From positions 13,020,001-13,084,000 of the forward strand of contig CAIIXF020000001.1 in assembly GCA_903813345.2 (NCBI GenBank): a stretch of DNA of 64,000 nucleotides, written 5' to 3'. The notes under the pieces were generated by a model, which searched no databases, was not told where the DNA came from, and saw only the letters and a program-made list of their open reading frames with translations. Below, one piece after another: positions 1-13,200 of this stretch. The stretch's first letter is position 1, and each line of letters starts with the position of its first letter. Made by a program: the position numbers and the translations under genes. This DNA is from Owenia fusiformis (taxonomy: Eukaryota).

Positions 1-3000
1 GGCAGCAGCATTCTCAGAACCTGACAATCAGAATCTCATTAATCTTTTGTTCACGTTAGTTATTTAAACTTTATATTCATATATAGATGGCAGTTCTTAA
101 ATATATGATAGACACCAATAATTCAACATCATAATTTAACCTTTTCCATTAAATATACCCTGTATCAAGCACAAAAACGTATTTACACCCTTTACTAAAA
201 TGGCAACCCCTGTATCACGCACTTGTTTAGTAAAAAAATAATGGTTATCATAAAATAAACTGATTACCAATTCCAACGGGATCACAAAAGCGTAAAGACC
301 CATCACATAGGTTTATACTCTGGCAATTTGCTTTCTTTGGTCCACTTAGTCCAAAACATGTGTCACATTTGTATATAGCTTTACATACACCATTTGGTCT
401 ACAACCGACTTCCACCTCACCATTCATAGGGTCCGAAGGTACATGGTCACTCGTTTCTGAAGAAATAGAGGTACTGTTGATGCTTTTTATTGTTTGTTTT
501 ACTGGTCATTAATCATTATCAGGACAAGGAAGCGACATTTACATTCTCTTTCAAAATGATGGACAGTAATGGTCAATTACGATATTTTTGATTTTCATCC
601 GATTAAATATTTTTTATTTTCATTAAATTAAAGCACATTGCCGTGTACATTTGGCTTGACAACCACACTTTGCTTGTATGACATAGAAACTCATCAACTC
701 ATTAGTCGCGTGTGGACGCCATGATTCAACTATATCATCTACCACTTGAGGCTTATTGAATACCATGCCTAAGGCCTACTGCTAAAGGGCAGGGTGGCAA
801 ATCGACAACTTGGGTGACAGTAACACCACAGTCACATTTGTCGCACGGCGGCCGTACGAAATGGCTTGAGTCTGACGTAGTGTTTTGATGGGTTATGTAT
901 CTTTGGAAACAGTTTTTCAGGTCAGGTTTGCTGTCATATCTTTGCTGTGAACACAGCGCAATAGGTATACTGTTGTGTAAGGTCACCGATGCACAACAAC
1001 TTATATTGCAAAAGATTAACACCCCAGTCAAATGTGTCGTACGGCGACCGTACGTCGACCGCAGATCAATAAAATCAGTGAATTTCTACGCCGAGCGTAA
1101 GAAAACTACGCTCGTCTTGCGGTCTCCGTACGGTATATCCAGTTTTTTACACGCCGCAGGGTAGCCGTAGAAATTATAACTCGGAGTTATAATATTTGTC
1201 CATTTCTGCGGTCCCCGTAGGAATTAACAGACCGTTACCAGACCGCACAACGGTCCCATGGTGGACGTACTCCGGGGTTACGTTGACTTGCGTCTGCCGT
1301 AGTGTTTTGATGAGTAATGCACCTTTGGAAATTGTTTAAAAAAGTTTAAGTTACTATTGGTCAATGTATCACTTAACACTTTTTATTTGATATAACATTC
1401 ATAAATTGAACTGATTTGAATTAGATAAAAATAAAAAGGTACGTTATCACCAGAAATTCTAAATTCGCCGTGCGGCTGCCGTAGGAAATGTGACTGCAAA
1501 AGTCTCCGACCGCAGAAATTCTATGGCGAGCGTAGAAATGTTACTGACCGCAGAAATGGTAGACTGTGCGGTCGTCGTAGGAAATGTGACTGGGGTGTTA
1601 CGTGAATTCTTTGTTTGCCAGGCGGAGTTTTTTTACAGTTTTTGGCTAACAAATCATGCGGAAAGAGCTCAAAATTGTGAAAAACTGCATGATTTTAAAA
1701 TAATGTCTGGACGGGGGAGGAGGGGGGGGGGACTTTCGTCCCCCCTTTGGCTATAGTTACGCGCCTGGTATGTGCATCATACACAAATGTGTCACCTGGT
1801 CTTGGTGTGGTTGTCGTAGTTGTTGTTGTGGTGGTTTTCGGTTTCAGTGGATGGACTCGTTGAGCGAATTGTCCCCTGTAGTTGCCAGGCGGCGAGTATT
1901 GGCAGCAGACCGTATAGGAGAACCACATTCCATGTTTTCCCTCAGCTATACCACAGCCAAGAAATTCAGAGTTATCCCAAACAAGCTATAAATTAAGTCA
2001 TAAACAGTCATCAATAAACAATATTCCTCCTAATCGTTCTCTCTATATTGTACAGTTTATTTTACACTCACTTGTGTGAAGTGACCAGTCTTGCTGCTAA
2101 AGGCAGGTGTTTTGTAATCGTAATACTTGATCTCATCATACCTATCAAATATACAACATGCAGGTACACCTAAAGCTATGTGTCTGTTGAGAGGCCATTG
2201 TGCAATAAACGCCTAACCATCGACAAGAGCATGCACATGAAATTAAACATGAAATACTTCCACAAATTCCTTAGATAAATCTTTTAAACCTACATCACAA
2301 TTTTTGCTTCAAACATGACAACGTACAGCTAAACTGTGCACCCGTATATTTTGTCACTGTACGTTGTCGATGGTTAGGCGTGGTTAAATAAGCATAATAA
2401 TATTTTTAACAGACTAGATGCGAGTAGAAAAAAACTTGATTTACGCCATTAAATATTCAAAATTCAGTCAAAGCGATGATATATTTGAAATCTACATGTA
2501 AATATACATCTAGAAATATGGTTTCGAAAATTGTTTATCAAGCTTGAAAATTCAATTATTTTTGAAAATGTGACTTCTAGTTCGGGTTGATTCTCCATAG
2601 AGCCCATGTTACAAAATCACAATAAGTGAAATATCTTTTCTTGTATTCGTCAGATAACAATTTTATTTACTGGACATATTTTGATTTACATAACTATTAG
2701 ATATATAAGTGTTATATGAAAATTGAACCACAAAAAACAGATGTTATTTAAGTTAAAGGGAACTTTGTACTATACCCGCCATGCTATCTGACCCGAACGA
2801 GCCACCTGGTGGCGAAACTGGTCATATATCAGTTCAATTTATTCTACTCGCATCTGCGTTATTAATGCCGTCCATGTCTTAAATTATCATTTTTTCATTT
2901 TCCATTTATTCAAAGTAGTATTTATGACATTGTTGGTTAATGAAAAAGTAATTATTGTAAAATCTTGCTCACCATTGTTGCGACGCTTTGTTTCCCATAT

Positions 3001-4249
3001 CGTTTTTAGTTCGTGCTAGCGATACGCTAGACCGAGTTCTCCAAAGATTCTCACCAGCCAAAGGATTCTGACGAGATGACGATGGTGAATGAGCGAAACT
3101 AAAAAAGATCTTTAATTACTAGATAGTAAGAACAACTCATCTTGATATTATTAAATTATAAAATCATAGAATAACTATCATTACGCATAGGTACCGGATT
3201 CGATCATAGGTTCAGGCACTTTGCTTGTTGCGTAAAGTACTTCAGGGAATTTGACTGATTGTCTACGACTCGTAAAACGCCTCTGGTGTGTACTTGTACT
3301 TATACAATGTCAGAGTGCACAAAAAACACATGACTGCTTCAAGGAGGGGTTTCTAGGTCTGTCTTCGAGGATTACTTGCTTAAATTACGATCGTACAAAT
3401 ACGAGATATACCCAAGGGGAAGCTCACCTTCATTGGTGATAAACAAAATACAATGCTATTCCAATCAGTTATAAATATCATTCGACGACTGTGAAATATC
3501 TGATTGGCCCAAATATCTGATTTAAAGAAAATATTGTGCCCTCGACAGATGTATTTCATGAGCAGGTACTTTCTCGGGCACTTTTCGAAAAAGTATCATT
3601 TAAGAGAATGAACAAAATCAGTTTGATACCGATAAACCTTCGATTTCATCTAAACCAAGTAAAATCTGGATTTACAAATATTTCACTTGGGGTGATATTA
3701 AGTCACAATTACCTTTTAGGCAGGGATGAATTCGAAACTAACTCAAACGGGGGAAGACACTAACTTTTATGGGAGGAATAAATTGTAAATTCCGGATCCA
3801 TTGGGTTTCATTGGTATCATCATCCATTTGAATTAGTGACGTCTAACGCCAATCAGATCACAAGAAATTAAATCCTAATTGAATAATTTACTGTATTATT
3901 TTCTAATGGTTCACAAAACATTAATAAGTTCAAATAAAAATGATAACTTATCAATTTATTTTATTAATTTACCCTATTATTATACAACTTGTATACGAAG
4001 GGTTTCTACGCATGCTTAAAGTAGAAAATAACGTCTTTACCTGTTGTCACGTTCCAGAGTTTTGCAGTAAGCCAGAGCACGAGCAGCCATTTGGCGATGC
4101 CACTTTAAAGGAGGTGTACTTACATGGAGAGCTCTTAGTTCATTATGTCTTCTGAGAATGTTCTTCTCAAATTCTGTTGTTTGAGAATATACAAATCCAG
4201 TCTGTTCAAGAATCGTAACAGAAAAAATATATAATACCAAAATTCCCAT
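1..4249 (-). CDS. Secreted CAP/SCP (GAPR-1-like) domain protein with Thr-rich linker and sushi-like module, paralog B; 3' end lies beyond the left edge
   Basis: Exons read by hand with GT-AG ends and consistent phases: 4249-4041 (signal peptide, HNELRALH..PPLKW), 3098-2973 (FAHS..AGENLW), 2141-2072 (YDEIKYYDY..FSSKTGHFTQ), 1985-1796 (LVW..LGCG..VCCQYSPPGNY..T-run), 456-268 (Cys-rich sushi-like), and 20-<1 (GSENAAA, tentative). The CAP His/Glu/Glu/His residues are all present. Confidence 0.85.
820..1600. mobile_element. Non-autonomous TIR element (possibly PIF/Harbinger-like) in a CAP-B intron
   Basis: Inverted ends gtaacaccacagtcacattt / aaatgtgactggggtgttac; GC-rich internal repeats (ccgtag, accgcag); an extra end copy near 1018. 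Confidence 0.6.
2209..2381. mobile_element. Small MITE-like inverted repeat
   Basis: acgcctaaccatcgacaa ... ttgtcgatggttaggcgt. Confidence 0.5.
2416..2855. mobile_element. MITE-like element
   Basis: Inverted ends agatgcgagtagaa / ttctactcgcatct. Confidence 0.45.
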
Positions 4250-5976
4250 TTCGATAACTCTATTGAAATGCGCAGTGGAAAAGGGAATATTATTGCAGTT
4301 TATTGCGTTGATATTGACTTGTGTATGTTGGTTTGATAACAACAAAGTATATACAACCATATCCTGATATTGTAATTATTTAGCTAAGTGTGTCTATATA
4401 ATTAGCGATAAATAAACTCTAGTAAAAATGTTCTCATATGTAATAAAAACAAAGATCAAGCCATTTTCTATCCAGTCTTGTTATATCACACTTATAAAGT
4501 GAAGCACCCCAGGGATAAATTGTTTACCGTGTAACAGTGAGTGATAAAATTAAACGAGAGTGTGAAACGCAAAAAAAACTGATTAGAAAACATGATTCTT
4601 GATCTTGAACTACCACGCCCCTTTTCTTGGCGGGAAACATTGTACCATTGTGTTGTATTTTGTTTACCACCAATGAAGGTGAGCAATACCTCTTGGGTAT
4701 GTCCCGTATATACAGTCGTAATTTACTCTACCGAGCTGGCAGAAGTCAGCTCTGGGAAAAGTTGGAAAAATTGGAAAAAGTTGGAAAAATCGAGCCCATT
4801 TTGAATAAACGATGTGCTGAGTAGCGTTTATAACACACTATATATTTGAATCAATACATAATTTATTTGTTGTTACCTTATTTTGATCCTTCAACAGTCT
4901 GTTGTTGTAGTAAATTAATGTTCTACCAGACAACAAAACTTTTGAATTTGGATTGCAGCCATTTTAGGTCTCGCGAGATCTCTTGACTTTCGAAAGTAAA
5001 GATTTGCTACAAAATAACTCGCGTTAGCTAAATATGAATAGTCACGTGATCCTTTAGCGGCGATTGCCCATGCGCCTGTAAAGTACAATGCGCATGTGCA
5101 CGCATGTGCGAACCAGATCTGGAATTTCTCCACTTTAACTGCAAATTACGTAACAAGTAGGACTTATTGTCACCACGCGTCATGAAAAGGGCAAGTTACA
5201 TTAAATTATCTTCTTAAATACCGTTAATTCATTCCAGCGCACCTGCTGGAAGTTGGAGTAAACCACTTCACAATTCGGTATATTTTAACGGTGTGTCAGC
5301 TGGCTCTTTAGCCAGCTGTGTTCAGTAAGTCGTAATTTACGTAATTAACATGGAAGATAGACCCAGAAACCCCTCCTTGAAGGAACCCTGTGTTCTTTTA
5401 TGTGCACTTATACCACACTACTATACCTAACACCTAGAAATGCATAAGATACTTTGTTTGTCTAATTGAATTGTTTAATATATTTTTGAAAGTGCCTTAC
5501 TAGCATCTAATTTTCAACCGATAAACCATTCATAAGGAACAGACAAATAAAAACAAATACATAATCATTACTAATAAGCCAAATGGGTTGCTCATGAACA
5601 CCAAATGCAAGGTATAGTAGTGTGTTATACATAGACATACAAGTACACACCACAGCCTTTTGTACGAGTTGCGGACCACTCAGTCAAACACTCTGAAGTA
5701 CTTCACGCAAACAAGCAAAGGACAAGGTGCAATTATTGGCAAATATCCCTATGGTCAAAATGAATCATTCGTAGGTGTATCATGAAGAATAAAATGTCAT
5801 ATAATACTTTGGAAAATATTAAAGTGCTCGGACACACATAAGCTGAGATCATTTCGTTCAGTAAGGTTGTATTGACTTACATGGGGCTGTGCACCATTGA
5901 CTTAACGAGGATATCAGCAGATCCCAATAGAGGCCATTGGTTTCCATTGATTATCACAGAAATACCAAAAATACAC

Positions 5977-6079
5977 TATGACCTGAATCGATTGCAAACT
6001 TAATAATTTCACAATGCGACACAAATGGTTTATCTCATCAAATGTGCAAATATGAAGTTTGCAATCGATTCAGGTCATA
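5977..6079. repeat. Short hairpin with 24-bp perfect arms (MITE remnant)
   Basis: tatgacctgaatcgattgcaaact ... agtttgcaatcgattcaggtcata. Confidence 0.7.
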
Positions 6080-6512
6080 CTTAAAATTATAAGATTGTAC
6101 ATTTTTTCATCATTTTTTCCCTAAAAAATGGCTATAGAAAAATGCTCCAAAAACAACTTTTACACTTATCAAATATCATACAAGTTTGTAAAACCAAAGA
6201 TTATACTATTATATTTCATTATGTAGTAACATATTTGGATAAGATGCAGGGATGCGTAGGATGTAAATGGGTTTTGACAGACACAAAAATACTTCCTGGT
6301 TTGGAATCATATGCCTACAAGATACACTTCATGATTGAATTATGACCCTAATAAGTGGCCTATACATCAATACAGTGCTGAATATAGGTCAACAAGATAC
6401 TAGTGTGCATATAAATATAATAATTGAAGCAGAATACTCATTTTGAAAAATCAGATGAATTATTTTTTCCCATGGGGAGATCCCAATGGAGGGTGTATAA
6501 GGTCCTTTAGTC

Positions 6513-6585
6513 TTGCCTGAACCGGGGATCGAATCCGGGACCTATTGCGTAAGAGGTACCTGCGCTACCGCTGAGCTACACGGGT
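6513..6585 (-). mobile_element. tRNA-derived SINE head or tRNA pseudogene
   Basis: Minus strand carries A-box-like TAGCTCAGCGG and B-box-like GATTCGATCCC with a T-arm stem, but the acceptor and anticodon stems do not pair. A degenerate plus-strand copy lies at about 3180-3220. Confidence 0.65.
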
Positions 6586-6650
6586 GGTCCATCCAGTTAG
6601 TCTCCAATGTAAAAGTATAAATGATAAAAGAGAACCCAATCAATCATTTT

Positions 6651-6826
6651 CAGGTCCGCAGCCAGGGGAGGGGGTTCGGTGGACCCGACTTGGCCAAAAT
6701 TCTTTCAAAATCATGCAGTTTTTCACCATTCTGAGCATTTTTTAAATGATTTTGGGCCAAAGTTGTCAACAGTGAACCTCCCTGGAATTTTCTAAAAATA
6801 ATTGGCAAATCCTGGCTTCGGGCCTG
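6651..6826. mobile_element. Short CAGG-ended MITE (hAT-like); related fragments at ~1640-1770 and ~36400-36498
   Basis: Ends caggtccgcagccagg / cctggcttcgggcctg; the internal motif atgcagtttttcaccattctgagc is shared with the other two loci in reverse complement. No TSD seen. Confidence 0.55.
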
Positions 6827-7226
6827 ATGTGTAAGTTACTTTTAAAACATTTCTGAAATTATCTACCACCTTTATATATTCGACCACCTTTTTAATAGTT
6901 TTGGTAAACTGATTTTATTTGTGTACTATTCTTTGTCACTCAAGTATTCAAGTATAGATTCAAGTGAGGTCTGCCATGGATGTTTGCAATTGGCAGCAAA
7001 TATGAAAGATATCTTGTTGCATTCTCTACACTGAAACTTTTTAAATAATATATTCCATATAAAATCCATGTAAGAGTTGAACTTAATAATATTTTATGTT
7101 CCATATATTTCATACATTGTTATTTAAATGTTTTGTGTTCTCTTACCCTGCATACGAAACAAATAATTACAATATTGTTGCATTACGTTTTGAAACATTT
7201 ATTTCGTTCTTTAACAATTTAAGATG

Positions 7227-10200
7227 CTATTTAACACATTTAATTTCACATGTCTGTACAGTTTTTATAGTTTGACCAGATAACCATGCCGAAAACTTTA
7301 AGGTATATGTTCCGATCCTTGAGCATATGAATTTAACTGTATACGGTGAGTCTTCGGAGGCTGTTCCAAGTCTGGTAGTTGTTGCTCTTGGTACGTTGGC
7401 CACTTTGGTTGAATCTAAACCCGTACCTGGGCCTCCAATCCTGTAATTATAAAATGTTATTACACTATTGTTAGACTTTTACAATTTAATTACTTAGAGT
7501 GTGTGTGTTATAGGTAGGCAAGGTTTCAAGGAACCTACGTCGGCATGTACATTACTCACTATTTTAAGTTCGTGGATAGAAACTTAGGTATTTCACGAAC
7601 AAAATAAAAAATCTAAAATCAAAGTTAAATCATGCAGGGAATTATGAAGGAAGATACTTACAAGATATGATATATGACATCCAAAGCTTGTGTTGTGCTT
7701 GGATTTACACATGCAAGCTTAAATGACACCCCTATGAAAGCATCTTGGCCTAATTTCACAGTTGTCTTTTTACCATTTTTATCTCCACATTTTGTCAACT
7801 TAGCATCGAATTCACAAACGAATTGATCAGCTATAACACACAATATATTTTACTACCATTTCCAAATACCCTTTTGAAAAGTTCCAATTTCGCTTCTTAA
7901 AAGTACTTGTAGTAATTACTACGAATCCCTAGATTTCAGCGTAAATATCAAGTTATTTGGTATTTTGCATCGATAGTGTCTGGATTGCGTCATTCACATT
8001 AAGTATTCACATTAAGATGTTTAAGAAGAAGTTTATTTTTTGAAACAAAGTGTGGGTCTACGAGGTGCCTAAAATTGAAAGTAAGAATATTCGATAAATA
8101 TCACCTTTTACACAACTTGGTGTGCTATCACCACTCCATATTCCTTCTTTGCTACACGTCCTTAGCTTGGTGCCAACGAGAGTATATCCTGTTTTGCACG
8201 CATACGTAGCCCTTGTTCCTGGTTTGCTTGATCCTGTTGTTGTTGTGATGGGAGTAATAGATCCATGTTCTGGGGACTTAAGTTGCGGGCACCTAAATGC
8301 TAAGATAATTATACTGAACCTAAACAATCATGAACATTAGGCTACATGACGACGCATGTGATAGAACATTTTGAAAGAGAGCGTGTACGAATATTCTTAA
8401 ATCAACAAAAAATGCATTCAGTGTTTTACAATGATATCCAAACACGCTTTCTCCCGACATACATAAAGGTTTATATTTATAAATTAAAATTGCAATTGGA
8501 AGAATATCGTACTCAGCAAGATTCATTTCATCAAACAATATTTCTAACAACATGAATATCATTTTCCAACTTAATGGTCTTATTCTTACATGAGGACTGA
8601 GCAAATTCTAAATGATCATCATGATTAGCATTGCTAGAATTAACACAAACAAAATGTTTGACGAATGTACATTGCAGTCTACTTACCACATCCAACATCT
8701 TCATCACAGGTGTTCCCAGTCTTCTTTTTAACACATATGTTCACATCTTTATGGTCTGAAACTGCAGTTCATTGGAAATGTTATTATTTTTTCACTCCAG
8801 CGAGCAGCTTGAGAAATGAGAAGATTTGACTTTCTTATTAGTGACAGAACGTTATTTGCATTTTTAACAAACTTAAATGTGGTAATCTGGGTGATTGAAC
8901 ACCTGCTCCTTTTTAATTTTTATTTACAGCACATTACAGAAAACCAAGTGATTTGTTGCGGCTATTGTCAATGTTAAAAAATATAAAATGTATACTCCTC
9001 CGACATTCATAAACTGAAGAAACATTCCACTCACACGACATTCACTTACCCCCCTATCACACCAAACTAGTTCTTACCCGTTCTTGCCAGTGCTACGAAA
9101 ACGTCGTCAAACGGGCTCAGTCTGGCTGTGGTCGGGAAATATGTCTGAAATAATTAGCTTCTTCGTTCTTAAACAGTCTTCAATACGTCCATCTCGTTCG
9201 CAGTTCGTTCAGGTCGCACCACGTCGGAGTGCAACGTCGTAGAACGCGTCCCTTAGTCTAGAAGGTCAACATGACCTGATTACAGAACGGTATGGTCGTC
9301 ATCGAATTATGAATCGATTCAAAATTCTAAAATCACATTCCCGTCTGAGAACGTTCATAAAGTTCGTAAATAGACCTTAGAAAGTTGCAGCTACGTGCAT
9401 TCCGTTCGCACACAGTTTAAAAACAGTTTTGAAGAACGCAGTGGCAACTTGTTTGGTGTGATAGCTATATTTTTGCTAACTCGTTCATAAGCAGTGTTAA
9501 ATACGTTCTTAATCAGTTTAAACCCGTTTGCAATTAGTTCTACCTCGTTCTCAACACGTCCGCAGACAGTTCAACTCGTTGTTAAAACGTCCCTAGTAGG
9601 ATTGAAGTACGACGGTTCCGTTCGTAGTACGTCCAGCTCGTCGTTAGTACGTTGTCACTCGTTCTAATTGTAGAACGTGACGACCACGAGAACATTTTGA
9701 GCATTGTCTAAGTTCTAGAGGACCTACCCGTTCGAGTACGTTCGATGAAGTTTGTACATAGATCCCAAACGGTTTTTAGTAGGTCCAGTCCGTTCGAATA
9801 CAGTTGAAGCCCGTTTTCGAGAACGCAGTGAGAACTAGTTTGGTGTGATAATAGGGTTAGTGTCAAACCACACTCTCACACAGTCATCAACTATTTTTTT
9901 TTAAATAATACCTTCTGTTAAGTATGTTTGAAATCCTGCACAGGTCAGTGGCATGTTGGAAAAGTAAGTTCTGCGTACATAGAATTTCAATATCAAAAGC
10001 ATAAGAAAAAAATGTTGTCTTTCAAAATAACCCCAATGGCGTGTTTTTCATTTACCTGTAACTCCTTCTGGCTCCATAACTCTCCGTAATATTTGATTAC
10101 CTGCTCCTACTGGATCACAAAAGAGTTTAGACCCAGCACATAATTTTTCATTTTCGCAATTTACTTTTTTAGGCCCACTCAGCTCAAAGCATGTATCACA

Positions 10201-13200
10201 TTTGTATCTTGCGAAACATGCCTTTTTCGAACATGCTACATCCACCTTGCCATTCTTTGGGTTTGATGGTACGTGGTCTTTCGTGACTGAAACAAACAAT
10301 CATGAAGTTACAATATAAATATATTTTATAGAGGCTAAGCTGTGCACGTTTTTGAGAGAGCTTGTAGATGAACGCGAAATTCTACGACGTCTAGGGTTTA
10401 CTGCCCCCACTCAATTGTTTTTCCAGGGACATACCAGTAATTACAAGTTTTTCGTATACCTTTATACTCAGCCGGGCAAGTATATGACAAAGGGGAGAAA
10501 TAACCACAAGTGGACAATAATTCTACAAGCAAGTCGATGACCTCTCTATTAATATTCCATAGTACGACTTCACAGATAACGATTTGTAAAATAACGATCG
10601 TAGATGCCAGGAGATTATAGTCGCAAAGCAAACTGTCTTTGAGAGATGAAAATGGACGAATATCATTAGACGATAGAACTAGGGCCTACCCCCGAATACC
10701 ACATAGTTACAATGTTTGTCCCCGTCATGCATATTCATGAACAACACAACATTGGGAAAACGTATTAAGGGGTAAGTCTCATCATGATACACCATGACAT
10801 CTCATTTCTTCTCAGCCCTGATGTTTCAGGTGAAACAGAAAGATGCTATGAGTATCAGAATGGGTAAGTCTAAATTAAATTGTAAGTCTATTCAGTTGCT
10901 GAAAATGTATGGGTTTATCTGTTACATGTAAAGGTGATACCTGGTCTTGGTGTGGTTGTCGTCGTAGTAGTTATGGGTATTTTCGGTAAAAGACGATTGA
11001 CTTTATCAGCGAACTGCTTCATGTAGTTACCGGGTAACGAGTATTGACAACAAACGGTATAAGAGTACCACCTTCCGTGTTTTCCTTCAGCTATACCACA
11101 ACCAAGAAATTCAGTGGTTTCCCATATTAGCTGTAAATTAAAAGAATCTCCTTGACTTTTTGTAACTTGTTACTTGGCCTTATTGCAGAACGGGACGACC
11201 AACAGAAAATGATGATCTATATATTCATTTGAACGGCATACTTTTAAGGCATTTGTGAAAAAAGAAGAGAGCGATAAAGATATACAAAAATAACTGAGTA
11301 TCGTTCACCATGTTTTTAATCCAAGATCGATGGTTGCAGGTTAAACTACTATATTTCCACGATGCCCGTGTCAAACAGCGTGCCTTCTAGGCACGCAGTT
11401 TGAAACTCTGACAAACTGCGCGCATATTTCAAAATGGAAGACGGGGAGGACATGACTCCCAAAAAGAGCCAAAATACGAAAAATACAAGGTTAGTCTCGT
11501 TCTAAAGATAGTACCATTCTGTGAAGATGGACTTAATTTACTCATAGTACTCAATGTTGTTCCCGATGTAAAACTAGTTATCTCAATATAAGGGTCTTAA
11601 GTAACTTATGTGTTCAAAATTTACAGTGTAAAGTTATATCTATGTCTTTTTATCGTCATTTGCCGTTTATTCAGCCATTGTGTCTGTGTATGCTAGAATA
11701 TATAGGATCACCCCATCTGATTAAAGCAGCATAGTTTGTGTTCAAAACGATAATACGCCATAAACGTGATTTAAACGTTTTTCTTGTCAAACTGCGCGCC
11801 TATATTCACATGTATTTCCCAAACTGCGTGCCTAATATTTCCAAACTGCTTGCCTATCCAAGCTTGTTTTGTATTATAAGAAAACGTAAGCGCCATATGT
11901 AAGGCACATATGTGTCTAATAGTAGAACCCCATAATAGATAAACCCCATAGTAGAAACACTATGAGAGTCCATCCACCAAGATGGTGATCTGAAAATAAA
12001 AGTTTTTTTCGTTCCCAACTTAATTGTCACTTCTATTATACATTTTGACTTTCAATATGAAAATCTCATAAAATCTGACGATAAACCAAAATTTCCAAAG
12101 CTACATGAAAAAAACCTACACGTGCCTCTGTTGAAATTCCAATGATAATATGTAGTTTTAATAGTGTATGCGCACAGTTTGTAATTTTCTGGCTAAAATA
12201 GGCGCGCAGTTTGTGCTTTATTTTTTTTTAATCTCCTGATTATCTGTTTTATCTCGAAATATTTTGAATTATACATGATAAATGCGTAAGGAATTAAATA
12301 TAAAACGAGTCTAAAGTATTTGTCATTTATGTTTAAAATGCTAGATCGATTTACGTATAAATTCCCGTTAAATCAGTGACGAAAATGCCATCAATCTGCT
12401 TATGTTTTAAAACTTAGATTTATTTGCACATAGTTTTTGCTAGTATTTGCAAGATTCGTATATTCGCCACAGAATGAACGCATTGAACAAGAAAACAATG
12501 CAGGATAAATGTCTTTAAATAATGTTTCAAAATACAGACTCCAACTTAAATGATGCAATGTTGTTAGGCACGCAGTTTGTGATCGAAACAAACTGCGCGC
12601 CTAAGTAGGCGCGCAGCTTGACATGGGCACCGTGATTTCTAAACAATAAACTCCTTTGATAGATGCCTCCCAAATATAATATACAAGCATACTGCTTGAT
12701 ATTCATGTATTTGTAGATGACCTTGACAGGTCGCGATGAGAAATTGGCAACCGTGTTAGATCCTCATTGTTCACACTTTAAAGATTTAAAGGGTTGATCT
12801 GCATGTGTATTGGGAGGAATGAAATTCGTATTTTTTGGATACATAACTGCACAACCATAATTTCAAAAAATCATACTCATTAGTTTGGTTGGAAATAAAA
12901 ATCTAGATTTTGAAACATTTTTGACAAGTTTGACTTTTGAAGAAGAGTTAATGTTTTTTAAATATCTTGAATATTTGAATTTCCTGTTTTTAGATGTTTA
13001 GGTTCTATGGGTTTTCTATGCGGAAAATGTCGAAACATGATCCTCACTTGATATCCTTTGCAAAAATCACCTCATATTTACCTGTGAGTCTATTCTATTC
13101 ACAGATCTTACCTCTACAGCGCAACCATTACTATCTGGCAGATTTCGCGTTCAGTGAATTTCCCGCTATTGTCACGTTGATGCTTTACACCTCTGTTAAC

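Noticed and set aside
753-1756. Short ORFs 753-1031, 895-1164 and 1490-1756
   Set aside because: They lie in a GC-rich non-autonomous repeat within a CAP-B intron and show no protein motif.
6513-6585. Functional tRNA gene
   Set aside because: Acceptor and anticodon stems do not pair and a second degenerate copy exists, so a SINE head or pseudogene fits better.
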